Assembly (NCBI GenBank): GCA_964270895.1
Contig: OZ185436.1
Direction: 5' to 3' (one strand)
DNA length: 64,000 nucleotides
Source of the DNA: Podarcis filfolensis
Taxonomy: Eukaryota
This document shows positions 36,960-49,584 of this stretch, in pieces. Below the pieces are notes generated by a model. That model was given only the letters and a program-made list of their open reading frames with translations. It had not been told where the DNA came from and searched no databases. Positions within the stretch are counted from its first letter, which is position 1. The number at the start of each line of letters is the position of its first letter. A program made the position numbers and the translations under genes.

Positions 36960-38250
36960 TAAATGCTGATAAAGACCGCCATTCCTGAGCGAGAGCTCCG
37001 CTTGGAAGCGAGGGCCACCGATTTCAGTTGGAGACGAGGCATTTAACACCACCTCCTCGCCGCCCCGTCTCCAACTGCAGCAGCGGCCGGGGCAGAAAAG
37101 GCGAGGCGCTAAAGCTGAACGATCCGGCGACTCCGCGGGCGCCCGCCTCCAGCGTCGCGCTCGGCAACCACCGTGCGGCTTAAGACGCGAGAGACGCCGC
37201 CCTTGGCTCATTGGCCGAGCCGCTCCCTTCGCCCGGAAAGCCCAGCCCCGCTTCTTCTGCTATCCCCCCTCCCGTCCCCGGCGCTCAGCCTATCCGCGGC
37301 CGGCCAGCGTCCGACGGCGGCGCAGTCACGTCCTTCTGCTCGGCAGGGAGGGTCCGTCTGCCTGCCTGCCTGCTGCCCGTGGCTCTCCCGCGATGCTGGC
37401 CTCGGCGCCTGCAAGATCCGCCCCGTTCCACGCCGCCGCCGCCCCTCCCGCCGCTCACCAGAAGCCTTGCTGCGGCCACGGCAAAGACACGGTAAGGCGG
37501 AATCAGCCAGATCGGCCGCTACGGGCGGCGCCGGGGCTGCTTGCCAGCCTCTCTCCGGGCCGCCGCAGGGATCGGGAGGGAAGGCGAGCCGGGGCAGGCG
37601 GCCTTGGCGCGGCTACTGCTCCCCTGCCCGCCGCAGCCGGAGAGAGAGATGCTGGGGGAAGGAGAAGGCTTTGCGCCACTGCAGGCCTGGGAGGTGGCCG
37701 TCGCGAGGATGGCGAGGAGAAATCGCCTTGCCCTCCAGCGCGACCCCTGGCGCCTTGCCCTTTCTATTTCAAGGCCGCGAAGGCTGTCTGATCGGCGCGC
37801 CGCCGCAGGCCCCGGAAAGCCCTGGACGAGGCCGCCTCGCTTCGCCGCCGCGGGCGCCAGAAGCCCTTTCGCGGGCCTCCCTCGTGCGCATCTGCTTCCC
37901 ATCAGACCTCTTTCCGCCTCTCCATCCTTCCCTCCCAGAGGTGCCCGGCTGGCCCTTGGAGACCTCTTCTTCCAAGCCAGCGCCATCTGCGTGCCAGCCC
38001 ATCCCCGCCGGGGGCTCCTGGAAGACGGGGACGAGGGGGGTCTGCCGCTCCCCTTCACCCCGCGCTCAGCAGCACCGAGCTGTAGGTGACCTCTGTGCGC
38101 GAAGCGTGCTTCGCGCCGACTCCATGTGCTCTTCTTCCTCGCTGGAAAGGCCTCGAGCTGAATGCTCCTTGCGTTCCTGGGCAGCACATACCCAAGTAGT
38201 AGCGATGCCAGATGGTGTGACCCCGGGGTAGGCCACAGACACGGTAACGT
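36960..38250 (+). promoter_or_regulatory. VDAC1: CpG island / VDAC1 promoter
   Basis: The only long GC- and CpG-rich stretch in the window. Reverse CCAAT (ATTGG 37210-37214), ETS-like CCCGGAAA (37232), GC boxes, no obvious TATA box. Confidence 0.88.
37330..37491 (+). other. VDAC1: probable non-coding exon 1 of VDAC1 (start approximate)
   Basis: Strong donor CG|GTAAGG at 37491/37492 inside the CpG island. Vertebrate VDAC1 has a non-coding first exon, and the next exon begins with an acceptor 3 nt before the ATG. Confidence 0.6.
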
Positions 38251-40272
38251 GGGCTTGGCAAGGTCTAGATGCAGCGCACAGGTAGCAGTGTCGTCGCCTT
38301 TCCTGGCTACCTGTTAGTGGGTGCTGCTTCCCTCCAGTTTCCTCTTTTCAGGTTCCTCCCTTTGACCTCTAAATGCCCCTAATGCCCTTGCGTGTTCTTA
38401 TATCTGCTGGATGAAGGCAAAAGTTCAATGGGCGGAGAACATGGAGTCATGAGGTTTTGCCCCAAAGGGATGGGTGTATTTGAATGTCTTCAAATGGATG
38501 TAGATAATTCTAAAGGAATGTCATTTTAAAAATAAATAGCAAGGGTTTTTCAATATTCATGAGCATGGCTACATCAAATTCCACTGTCTGCAATGGGAAA
38601 TACCTTCATTCTCAGATTGATTTTGATGTGTTTCAAAAGGGCTATCTGAATGTGACCTGTTTTTGCAGCTGATTTTTGCAACCATTATGGCTGGATGCAG
38701 ATTGTATTTGTTGCCCTAGGCAGAATCCTAGTGCCATTCATAAGGCCAATATAGCTGCTAAGTAGATAGAATTCTACAGTATAGATATACATATATCTAG
38801 CAAATAGACAGTTAATTATACGTGGGATATTTCTAACTTTCCATGTATACTGTCACAATCCTTTTTGTTTGTAATAGAATTAAACACAATATTAACTACT
38901 AGCACAAATTCAAAGCCATTGACAACCAAATGTATGGGGATAAAACATAAATGTGTGTTTTGAAAATGTGCTTTGGTATTGAGCAAAACTGACACATGAC
39001 ATCCAATTCTAAACATGCTTTTAAAAGTACATGTGAGACTAATGTTTCTTTCACACTTCAGTATGGAATTGTGATTTTTTTTTACATGACATGCTAAATT
39101 TCATTCACACCAGTGGCTACAGTGTTCATTGGACAGTGTTGCTACTCCCTCATCCTTTCTGCACATGTGTGCTTCTGTTCCAACTTGATTCCCCTGTGAA
39201 AATGGTAGGAAAAATCTGTATGCTAATTACCACCTCTAATTTCATCATTTTACTCCTTTTTTGTTTTTTGTTTAGTGGGGTTGCAAACAGATTCTTTGTC
39301 AAAAGCAATGCAGAGAGTTAGCACCAACTTTCAGATACATATGAGACATATGTCCACAGGTTCCTGATTTGGCAGGTGATAACATGTGCAGAAGTCAGAT
39401 GTCCTCAGCTGGTTCAGGTTGACTGACTGGAAATCCAAGGGATTGAAGGCTACTGCATGAAAGAAGCATGTACACTATCATATGTAAATATTCTGGCTTC
39501 CAGTACAGGTTTTCCAGACAAGTGTCCAAGGAGCAAAACAGACTCATGTAGCCATTCACATATTACATTTAGCAGATACTGATCTCAGTGGGAAGTTACA
39601 CTGAGGCTATTGTTTTTCAGTTGCTCCATTTGCATATGCCTCTGCTCTTTTAGCAAGGCATATACTAGTGATGTGCTTTACTTTTTATATAATTATTTCA
39701 ATAGAACTGTTCATGTGTGGGCAACATTGGTGAAATCTTCTCCAAGATGCCCTGTTAAAAGGCTTCCCAGCAGTTTTCATAAAGTCTGTAGCAGAAACAA
39801 AGCAACACATTTAAAAAGACACCTAGAGGCAAAGTAAGAACAAAATCTAATTCTTAAAACACAAAAGAAGAAGGTGTTTTCTTTCCAAACGTGAGCTTCT
39901 TGCAGAAATGATACACTTGGGCGCATCTGTCATTCCTGTTCTCCTCCCGTATCTTTGTCCAGCTAGGGGGTGGAGTCAGAACTGAGTGCTCACAATGCTG
40001 CATTCAGATCTTGATATGAAAGGTACATCAAGATTGCAGGATGGAGATCACTAGAGAGAAGGCAAAGAAAATCCTCAAATGCACAACATAAAAGCACAGA
40101 GCCAGAGAACTGTGCACTCACTGTCCTTTTACCACCTAAGGAAAGCAGGAGCTGAGTGCAAACTGTTTCTCACCAAGGAACATTAGATGCAAAAGGCGAG
40201 GATTGGTAGAAGTCAGAACTGACTGAGGGTAGCAAAGATGAGATAGACATGACCTAGGTGACAGTGGAGATA

Positions 40273-40525
40273 CAGTGGTACCTCGCAAGACGAATGCCTC
40301 ACAAGACGAAAAACGCACAAGACGAAAGAGTTTTCCGTTTTTTGAGTCGTTCCGCAAGACGAATGGGCTTGCTTCGCAAGACGAAACGTCTTGCGAGTTC
40401 TTGCAAGTTTGTTTCCGTTTTCTTAAAGCCGCTAAGCCGTTAATAGCCGCTAATAGCCGCTAAGCCGCTAATAGCCGTGCTTCGCAAGACGAAACGCATT
40501 AATTTCGTCTTGCGAGGCACCACTG
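40273..40525. mobile_element. Tc1/mariner (Tigger-like) MITE, second family
   Basis: TIR CAGTGGTACCTCGCAAGACGAA / TTCGTCTTGCGAGGCACCACTG with TA TSD. Internal repeats of GCAAGACGAA and (T)AAGCCGCT/AATAGCCG. Confidence 0.9.
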
Positions 40526-41344
40526 TAAGATAAAGCTAGCGTTGTTAGGAATGGGTTGTGTGTGTGTGTTTATATAGACATATGGGAGGGATGGTGGCTT
40601 GATATATAAAGAAGAAATTTGGTCCATTTTGTTTGTTGTTTATTGAAATGTTTTAAAAAGATACAATGAAAGAACCCCCCTCCCCGATTCCCAGCTATGC
40701 AGTTAGTGATAACGGACAGGTAGCATTAAATCTGCAATGTCCCGTTTTTCTCCCTGCCCCATGCCTTTCATGTCATTGATGTGTCAAGTTCTGGGACTTA
40801 AATAAGGCACAATTTACAGTTACTACATATATTGATTTGACTATTCTGGTAATCAATTTTTTACAATGGAAAAAAGATTAAGAGAGAGAGAGATAAAACA
40901 AATCAGTGTTGGTGGTGCAGGGGGAGCAAAATCCGTCTTTTCAGTCTGCAAAAGATTCCAATAAATTATGTGGGATATTTTGAAATGTATATTCCACCCT
41001 TCTTTTAATATAATGTATTATTGCTTGTGAGCTGCAAGATCTAAGAGGTCTTTCATCAGGAGACTTGGCCACTTTCCACTTCTGCAGTCTGATACGTTTG
41101 GCTCTGACTTCTGTGGTGGCCACATCTCTGTGCTTTAGACATTCCCTATGTAAAAGGTATGGATTCCAGCCTATAATAGTTGGTAGAAATTCCTCTGAAA
41201 TAGGAAACATTTACAGGTGACTGAACAGAACCTCATACAGTGTGAACAATTGCTTGGGCACCACTGGAGTATGTGGACCAAGTTAGCTGATGTAGGATTT
41301 CTTCCTCAGTGGGTTATGTATCTAGTTTGAGTCACTAAAATGGC

Positions 41345-41555
41345 TGCTAGCCATCATAGCTATGCTCTGCCCCAGTGGCTGGAGGCAGTAATGCTTTTAA
41401 AAACCAGTTGCCTGGAGCCACAGGAGGGGAGAGTGTACTTGTGCTTGAATCCTGCTTGTTGGTTTCCCATAAGCATGTGGTTTGCCACTGAGAGAACAGA
41501 ATGCAAGACTAGATGACCGTTGGCCTGATCAAGCAGGCTCTGATGTTCTTATGTA
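41345..41555 (+). mobile_element. retroposon 3' tail (Squam3/CR1-related); homologous pieces at 1-32 and 56760-56945 (-)
   Basis: Ends GGCCTGATCAAGCAGGCTCTGATGTTCTTA. The reverse complement begins at 56760 (AGAACATAAGAGAAGCCTGCTGGATCA). Confidence 0.55.
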
Positions 41556-42793
41556 AAAATATTATCAGCAAATGAGTAGCAAGGCATTTTCCTACCACTT
41601 CTGTGTGGTCAGGTCAAATCCCATGCAAAATGTCACTTCAGTCAGTATGACTGTGAAGTCTGCGTGTGGGTTAGAGCTGGAATTTTATGGAGGTTTGACT
41701 GTGGAGCAGGAAGTCAGAACAAATATTAGTCTCTTGAATCACCTTTGTATTTAGTAATATGAATGTGTAAATCTTACTGAGGCTGATATCATTCATGTTC
41801 TATGGGCTGAAGGGCTTAGGTTTGATTGCTTTCTGCACCTGTTCACACAGTAAGTCGGGGAGAATAAGGTAGGAATCAAAGTATGTAGAAATTCTTTGCT
41901 TACAGTAGCTTTGTGGCAAGGTGTGCTACCAGTGTTTGAAATTGGTCATGCGCCAGCCACATTTCCCAGCTGGCTTTTGACCACTTGCAACCAAGTGAAG
42001 ATGGGCTGTTTTCACACACTAATACCCCATCCTGTAGAATTCTATCAGTTATATTTTATCTGCACAATTGGAATGAATTTCTGGAATCAAATTGCTTTCT
42101 CTGTGCAGCCTGAGCAGCAGCAGTCACCATTAAGGAAAAAAAGGTTGGAATGGCCCTCTTATATGTGACTGTCCCTGGATCAAGTCAGTTTTCTTATTTA
42201 AGTTCTCAGAGCTCTTAACCTTGCTCAAGGTTGACATCTGAACTAGCCAGATGTTTAACTGAGACTCAATCACAGTCAGTCCATCATTTGAAAAATAAGA
42301 CATCATTTGAAAAATAAGAGCTGTCTTACCCCAAAATAGCAACTAGACATTCTGTTTTGGCTACGGCAATCTTGGTTTAAGAAGCCATTTGGCACCTAGC
42401 TTATATATCTGAGTTTCTAACACTGTGTGCTACATCTTGTTTGGGGGGGGGGGTTACTGCTAACCAGCAGCAAGGAGGTGATCAAATGCAGCAAGGAAAG
42501 CTGAATTACTTGGAGAAAAACACAATATTATGTGATTAAGACCAAACCTGAAAACTTCTTTGTACCAAGCTCCTCCTATTGGGATGGATTGCCTGAGTAC
42601 CAAACACTGTGTCAAGATCAGCCCTGACATTCTGTAGCTGCTGGTACCTTAGGATTCTGCCACCGTCTCCAGATTCCATGAAAATGATACATTACTTGTT
42701 ACTCTTTAACTCTTTTGATGGGGGTTTAAAGTCCATTCCTCCTGCCTGGCTGGGGTGTGTGGTGGCGGCAAGCGATCTGGGGGTCAGGTAGCA

Positions 42794-43050
42794 GTGAGGG
42801 GGTCAGCAAACTTTTTCAGCAGGGGGCCGGTCCACTGTCCCTCAGACCTTGTGGGGGGCTGGACCATATTTTTGAAAAAAATAATAATGAACAAATTCCT
42901 ATGCCCCACAAATATCCCAGAGATGCATTTTAAATAAAAGGACACATTCTACTCATGTAAAAACATGCCGATTCCTGGACCATCCGCAGGCTGGATTTAG
43001 AAGGCGATTGGACCAGATCTGGCCCCTGGACCTTCGTTTGCCTACCCATG
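42794..43050. mobile_element. hAT-like MITE
   Basis: Degenerate TIRs GGGGTCAGCAAAC / GTTTGCCTACCCATG. TSD not clear. Confidence 0.65.
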
Positions 43051-43210
43051 CTGTAGCTGGTGCAGAAGCAGAACCCACAGTTTCTGTACCAGCTGCAGAA
43101 GAGGCACTAAATAAGGGCAAGAGAGATGGATCAGCAGAAAGTGGCATGAAGATGGGTGCTAAGACAGAGGTTGACCAAAGCTGGAACTAAGACTGCCTAA
43201 TGTACATACA

Positions 43211-43278
43211 GTTTCCTGCTTGGCAGGGGGTTGGACTCGATGGCCCTTGTGGTCTCTTCCAACTCTATGATTCTATGG
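43211..43278 (+). mobile_element. CR1 3' tail
   Basis: GGGGGTTGGACTCGATGGCCCTTGTGGTCTCTTCCAACTCTATGATTCTATG. Confidence 0.8.
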
Positions 43279-43943
43279 TTTTCACTGCAGAGACTGAGAA
43301 GTGTATTCTTATCTATTTCATAAAATTCATATGCCACCCGGTTGTGAAACAACAACACCTCAAAGCTGCTTATGAAAGATAAAACAGTTAAATCAAGAGA
43401 AATTTGCAACTATACTTTAAAATATACAAAAGTTAAAATACTAAAACACCTTAAAATGATCTTAACTTTCTAAGCTTGGTCTCAATAGGCAGGGAGTTCC
43501 AATGGGAAGGTGCTGCCACACTGAACAAATGAGTTCTTACAAATGCAGAACAGGCATTATGTGGCACTCAGTAGTGCTGCTACTGCACCCCCCCCCCCAC
43601 TTAGTCAGAGGCACTTTGCCTTCAAATGCTGGTTGCTGGGAATCACAAGTTGGGAGAATGCTCTTCCACTCAGGGCCTGATTCTGGGCTTCCAGTGGGTA
43701 CCTGTGCACTGTGAGAACAGGATGCTGGACTTGGTGGGCTTTTTGCCTGATTCTGCAGGGCTTTTCTTGTGCCCTTAAAATAAGATATGAAAAGTTTTTG
43801 TTTTTTTTAAGACAGCAAATCATTCCTTTTGGTTTAAAAAATGAATTGTTCCATGCCCAAGGGTCCAGAACAATTTCAACTTGTCATCCCTTTGTGGCTA
43901 TGCAGACTTGTATTTATTTTTAGAGAAAGTTCTTCTGCCGTTT

Positions 43944-44308
43944 TGTTGGTGCTGACCTTTAAAGCCTTAAACGGCCTCAGCCCAGTATACCTGAAGGAGC
44001 GTCTCCACCCCCATCATTCTGCGCGGATGCTGAGGTCCAGCTCTGAGGGCCTTCTGGTGGTTCCCTCGCTGCGAGAAGTGAGGCTACAGAGAACCAGGTA
44101 GAGGGCCGTCTCTGTAGTGGCGCCCGCCCTGTGGAACGCCCTCCCATCAGATATCAAGGAAATAAACAACTACCTGACTTTTAGAAGATGTCTGAAGGCA
44201 GCCCCTTTTAGGGAAGTTTTTAATGTTTGATGTTTTATTGTATTTTTAATATTTTGATGGAAGCCGCCCAGAGTGGCTAGGGAAACCCAGCCAGATGGGC
44301 GGGGTGTA

Positions 44309-44353
<45 letters not shown>
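43944..44353 (+). mobile_element. L2 LINE 3' fragment with (AAT)n tail
   Basis: Translates to VLTFKALNGLSPVYLKERL...APALWNALPSDIK. (AAT)n tail at 44309-44353. Confidence 0.85.
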
Positions 44354-44354
<1 letters not shown>

Positions 44355-45668
44355 TCTTCAGTGCTAGGGATATACAAGAACAAACTTACTTTTCTTTTAG
44401 AGGGAGGCTTCTTAACCCGAGTATGAAGGAACTCCAACCTATTCCTGCCAGGTGGTGTTTCCTAAAACAATTAGCTTCTAAAGCTTGCTACCTAACTTTG
44501 CTTCCACAACATCTTTTAAAAATGTAATAGTCCTATAAATTGCAGAATCATGAGGTGGGACAACAGATGCCAGAGTTTAGTGTTGCTAAGTCAGGAGTGC
44601 TTAACACTGACTTGCATTTTGTCCCAGCTATTTCAGTCTTGGTGATATCCTTGAACAGGGATTGAGTCATGTGATAGCTTTATCATCTTCAAGGCTGGGA
44701 TCAGACACTGACATGCAGTTTCACTTATGACCCAGTCGGAGTTCACATTCTGAGATCCCAGAACTGATATATAGGGGCATTTACAGGCTGCCCTGTTAAG
44801 ACCCCGCAGCCCCACTCATTAAGCTCGTTGAACTTTCAACTTGCGGAGCCTGACAGTTGTCTTTGAGCTACCGCAGACCTAAAACGACTGATCAGCTCTT
44901 GCACAGAGGAAGCAAGTCACTTTTCCTCCCCTTGATGATTCATATCTTAATCGGGGTTAACCACAGAAAAAACACTGTGATACTGTCTGTTTCAGACACC
45001 TGATCCCCTGTGAAGTTAATAGTTGCTTAGAACTCAATTCTCATTAGATGCAGGATTATCTTTTAATATTCCTTAATTTCAGTAATTGCATAAGATGGGA
45101 TTTAGACACTTCCCACTGTTTCATAGGCATAGTTTAGACTGCTGCATTAAGCCGGCATGTCATGATCGATTCATCACACAGCCATCGCTGACGTTTCCCG
45201 TGCTGTGGTGTCTTGCTTGAAAAACCCCGGAGCTGATCCTGGTGACGTAGCTTTCTTCAGTGCTGCCTGCTGGAGTTTTAGAATGGATTTGTAGCCAGTT
45301 GGAATAGAAGTTGTCCTGACTGATATCTGTCACATCTGAGCACCACGAAAACATCATTAAGGATGTCAAGGAGCTGTTCCAGGTATTGTTTCCTCCAGCT
45401 CACACTAGTATAGCAGTGGACAAGTACAGCACTGGAGAAGGAGGCCTAGGAAGACAAGCTCCTCTGAGAGGAATTTTCTGGTTTTGGAGCAGAGACAGTG
45501 CTTGCCACATGGAAAGATGCACGCAGATCTAGTCACTCCAGACAGCTGTGGAATCTTGAGAGGTCCCTTCTCTGACCTAGTGCTCATATTCAGGTCAACA
45601 GCTTTTGAGATCTGTTAATGTTTCATGGCTCTCTTTTAGTCTTTCATAGTGACACATATTGAATATAT

Positions 45669-46017
45669 CAGGGGTCAGCAAACTTACCGCGCCTTGGGCC
45701 GGTGTCTCCAGCGCCGATAGCATGGCAGGGCGGGGGAGCGTGTGCCCATATGTGTGCGCACACGCTATTGCTGGCGCACTTCTGGGTCGGAGGAGCACCG
45801 GAAATAGCTTGTGCGCATGTGCATGGGCCTCCCTGACCTGGATGTGCACCGGAAATAATGCTTGCGCATGTGCACAAGCTATTTCCGGTGCTCCTCCAAC
45901 CCGGAAGTGGGCAGCCGTTCAGCGCACGGCTAGTAACAACGGGTGGTGGCAGCGGGCAGAAGGGGTTGCCGCGGGCCGGATAAACGAGTCCCACGGGCCT
46001 TAGTTTGGGGACCTCTG
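45669..46017. mobile_element. hAT MITE A with internal palindrome
   Basis: TIRs CAGGGGTC / GACCTCTG. TSD GAATATAT/GAGTATAT (45661-45668, 46018-46025). Confidence 0.82.
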
Positions 46018-46026
46018 GAGTATATG

Positions 46027-46468
46027 CAGTGGCGGAGGAAGGGAGGGTGCGGGCTGCCCCAGGTATCATCAGCGAGGGGATGTGACAAAATGACAAAAAT
46101 GAGTTTTTTTAAAAATGGGGCTCACAAAACTTTTTAGTTCAGTCAACAAATGTAACAAAATGCGGCTGGCACTGGGTGCCACACCGCGGGGGCTGGCACT
46201 TACCGCGGGGCCTGCAGTGTACCCAAGCCACGCGTCTCTCCTGGGAGTGACGTGGTGGCTTGGGCGCCTGCAGGCTCTGCGCTGCCTGAAACGGCTGCTT
46301 GGGGCTTGCGTCTGCCCTCCGCCTCTCCCTCAGCTGCCCTACAACTGAAGGGGAGGTGGCGGAAAGGCTCCACGTAGCACCCCCCTGTCCCCATGGGCGG
46401 CTTGCCCTGCCCCTGGCTGCAGGATGCGTGTGCCGCACCAGGCACCTGAGTGGCTAGTTACGCTGCTG
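46027..46468. mobile_element. hAT MITE B, GC-rich
   Basis: Degenerate TIRs CAGTGGCG / CGCTGCTG. TSD AGTATATG/AATATATG (46019-46026, 46469-46476). Confidence 0.7.
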
Positions 46469-48093
46469 AATATATGATTCTTGGCCTTCGGGTCTTCCAT
46501 TTTGCTAAAGATCTGATTAGTCGAGGAACATCCATTTTAAGTTTACTGAGTTGGGTGGCAGGCTTGGAGCACCCTGGAGACGGTCACAGAATAGTTAAGT
46601 TAGTATCACCTGGGGTTTGTATCTCTCAATCAGTGTACCCTAAGAATGTTGACTATGTCACTAGACCAGAAAGATTCTTTGTAGCTTGTTTTCTAGGTTT
46701 GCTTGGTGTAGTAGTTGAGCCAGAAGAGACTCTTGAGACTCTTGACTTATCTAAGAGTAATATCCAACTCTGGCATGCAACAGCTTGTTGCACTTAGCGC
46801 TTCAGGCTGTGAATAACTGCTAAAGTACCTATCTGACACATGTGCTCTGGCAGTTCTCTTGTAAAAGCAAATTGCTTCTGGTCTGGAGCCAAAATAAGCA
46901 ACAACTTAGTGGTGCTTGCTCCAAAAGGGTTTAGGGACACGCACCATTTGGTGTTCAGCATATCCTTACTTTGCGTTCTACTTTTTAGTGGAATTATGGT
47001 AAATCATTCTGTCTGTGAAATATGAAATAGATCCTCAATGCCTGTTGCTTACTGGCAAAATAAATTATTTTGTATAAAGCTTCTAACCTATGGTGTGCAG
47101 CTAGTAGTATACTAATGGATCTTCTAATCCATTTAAGAAATGAGGGTGGAATCTTCGGTTTCTACAATAAACAATCCTGCACCATGTGTAATGCGTCAGA
47201 TAAGGCATAAGGCACTGTTGCATATTCATCTGGGTGAAGAGTAGAAGATTTAAGGGCTCATGAGTTTGGCCTGTTGTGGTTATTGCAAGGCAAGTCTACT
47301 TATGTGTAACATACTGGCCTTGCAGGAGAAGAGCAAAGGTGCTTTAAAATGTCATTTCATTGAGCTCAATTATAAGATTTATTAACCTCATGTGGTTATA
47401 GACTTGATTGCTATGAAATGGATCTCTATAGTTCCTGTTCTTAAAGAATGATTGTTTTTAGAATAACTTTTATGTATTGACATTTAAAAAGGTGCTGGAT
47501 CCAGATCCTAATATTGCATAGCTTTGATGGCTTTGTTGCTTTCATCATCTGTTTCTGATGGATGGTTTGGGCTTCAAGGCTAGCTGGAAAAGAGAATAAA
47601 AATGCTTAAATGATACTACCTCCTTCCTTTGTGGAAAGATTTAGAAGAAGGGAAAACATAAATAGTGAGCTCTATATTGGGGGTGGGGGGGAGAGGAGAG
47701 AAGTTGTTTTTAACTCAGCAGATTCAGAGTGACATGTTTCACATGCACCTGGCAGTCCAGGTCATTGTGATCTGTTCATGTTTTTAAAGATCAAGAGGTA
47801 AATTAAAGTCCCAGGATTTTTCTTCTTGTCCAAATTTTCTTCAATATATGTTTTTAGGTGATTCAACATTACAAATAAAGGTCACGGCAAACTCAGCTCT
47901 GTTCTCGATTGTGGGGTTTGTTTTTATAGTGACCAGTGAGAGGGCATCTCGGTGGTGTAACATGAAAAAGGCTGTAATTGGTCCGCTTTTTGGTTAATTG
48001 GTGGCTGGACCTCTGGAATGACCAAAGCACCGTGGTGTTTGGATTCTCCACAAAACCATAACTCAAATGTCTTTAATCTTTTTTTGGCAGAAA

Positions 48094-48160
48094 ATGGCTG
48101 TTCCCCCTGCTTATGCTGACCTAGGAAAATCTGCTCGAGACATCTTCACCAAGGGATATG
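48094..48160 (+). CDS. VDAC1: VDAC1 coding exon 1 (gene exon 2): [23 protein letters not shown]
   Basis: Acceptor ...TTGGCAG|AAAATG, 67 coding nt, donor GTAAAT. The MAVPP N-terminal helix is diagnostic of VDAC1. Confidence 0.98.
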
Positions 48161-49225
48161 GTAAATATTGCCACAAGGAAATGGGTGGTGTTTCACTGGT
48201 TATCTGGGTTGTTGATTTCAAGGATTTCACACAACTATAATTGCAGTTTCTGGCCAGTTGTGTGTGTTATAGATCACAGTCAATATACATAGATCAAACT
48301 GTGCCCTAAGAATAGGTCTTTCCCAGTATGCACTAGCTTCTGGGCATCATTTAGCTCACTTAGTAAACCTTGTGACTAAAGATGCACTGGACTTCTCTGT
48401 CCGTATGTATTTATGAGTAAAGCTCATGTCTTTCAAGGTGTAAACTGCAGCAGAGGGATGCAAAGAATAGTTCTCGGATGTAGCTCCCACTTTGTAAAAG
48501 CCTATCTAAGCCCATCTAACTGTATATCTGGAGGCAGCGTTGGCAATTGTGTATTTTTAAATTGTTTTTCAGTGGCAGAGACAAGGGGAGACATGTCCCT
48601 TTTTTGACCAGACTGAATTAACAGTTTTATCCAGCTGCTGTCAGCCTGAGTAATCAGTCTTGTCACTTTACTCTGCAACCTGTGGAAGGGAATAAATTTG
48701 GGCCAAGTCCCAGCTACCTTTGAATTTGTGTACTAAAGATGGTGTTGTGCATTTGGGCCTTTACTTTGGAGTATTTATTTCAGCAATTTGCCTTCTGATC
48801 CTTTGAAGAAAACTGTTTGTGTTCTGTTAAATATATCATGGAATCATGGCTCTCATCATGTGTTTCCCCATTATTCATTTTATTTATAGCCTATCTTCCA
48901 GTATTGCCTCACAACACGAATTAAAACAGATACAACTGAAAACACACCAATCAATAGAAATATATAAAAATGCTGCTCAGTTTACTTCTTGCAAGAGCAG
49001 CAAAAGTTTATTATGTTTATGCTGATTGTCCTGTAGCTAGATAATATATTATGTGAATATAATCATATCCCAACTTTCTGCAAGCTGCAGAAATTAGTGT
49101 AGCTTCTTAAATGCTTTTCTTCCTGCACAGAAGACTTCCATTTTATGAAAGTTCAATCAGAATCTCTGCTTGCCTCTGCCCCAGATGGTTACTGACATCA
49201 TTCTGGCTTATTTATATTTTCTCAG

Positions 49226-49275
49226 GATTTGGCTTAATAAAGTTGGATTTGAAAACAAAATCTGAAAATGGACTG
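49226..49275 (+). CDS. VDAC1: VDAC1 exon 3: GFGLIKLDLKTKSENGL
   Basis: 50 nt, CTCAG| and |GTGAGT, phase 1 to 0. Confidence 0.98.
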
Positions 49276-49431
49276 GTGAGTAGAGAAAGACCAAACATGA
49301 TTTTTTCATGTCATTTTAATTGACACTTCCAATAAAGCTACCAGTCTACTTGGACAGGGGCCTGTATATTTTTCTAACTCTGTAAGGTGACTTTGTGAAA
49401 AACAAATTTTCACCCTGCATTTTGTCCTTAG

Positions 49432-49584
49432 GAATTTACAAGCTCAGGTTCAGCAAATACAGAAACAACCAAAGTTTCTGGAAGTTTGGAAACCAAGTAC
49501 AGGTGGACAGAATATGGCTTGACATTCACAGAGAAGTGGAACACAGACAACACACTAGGCACAGAGATAACTTTAGAAGATCAG
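49432..49584 (+). CDS. VDAC1: VDAC1 exon 4: [51 protein letters not shown]
   Basis: 153 nt, TTAG| and |GTGAGT. Contains the conserved E73. Confidence 0.98.

Noticed and set aside
37173-38231. 352-aa and overlapping 132-222-aa ORFs in the CpG island
   Set aside because: Low-complexity Arg/Pro/Ala/Gly translations on both strands, as expected from stop-poor GC-rich DNA. They cross the exon 1 donor and show no recognisable domain.
40273-40525. Short interspersed repeats (GCAAGACGAA) superficially like a CRISPR array
   Set aside because: Eukaryotic context, irregular spacing, and enclosed by TIRs with a TA TSD. These are MITE subterminal repeats.
44246-44527. Poly-Ile/poly-Asn ORFs (also poly-ER/SL ORFs at 14586-15106)
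   Set aside because: Translations of the (AAT)n and (TC)n microsatellites.
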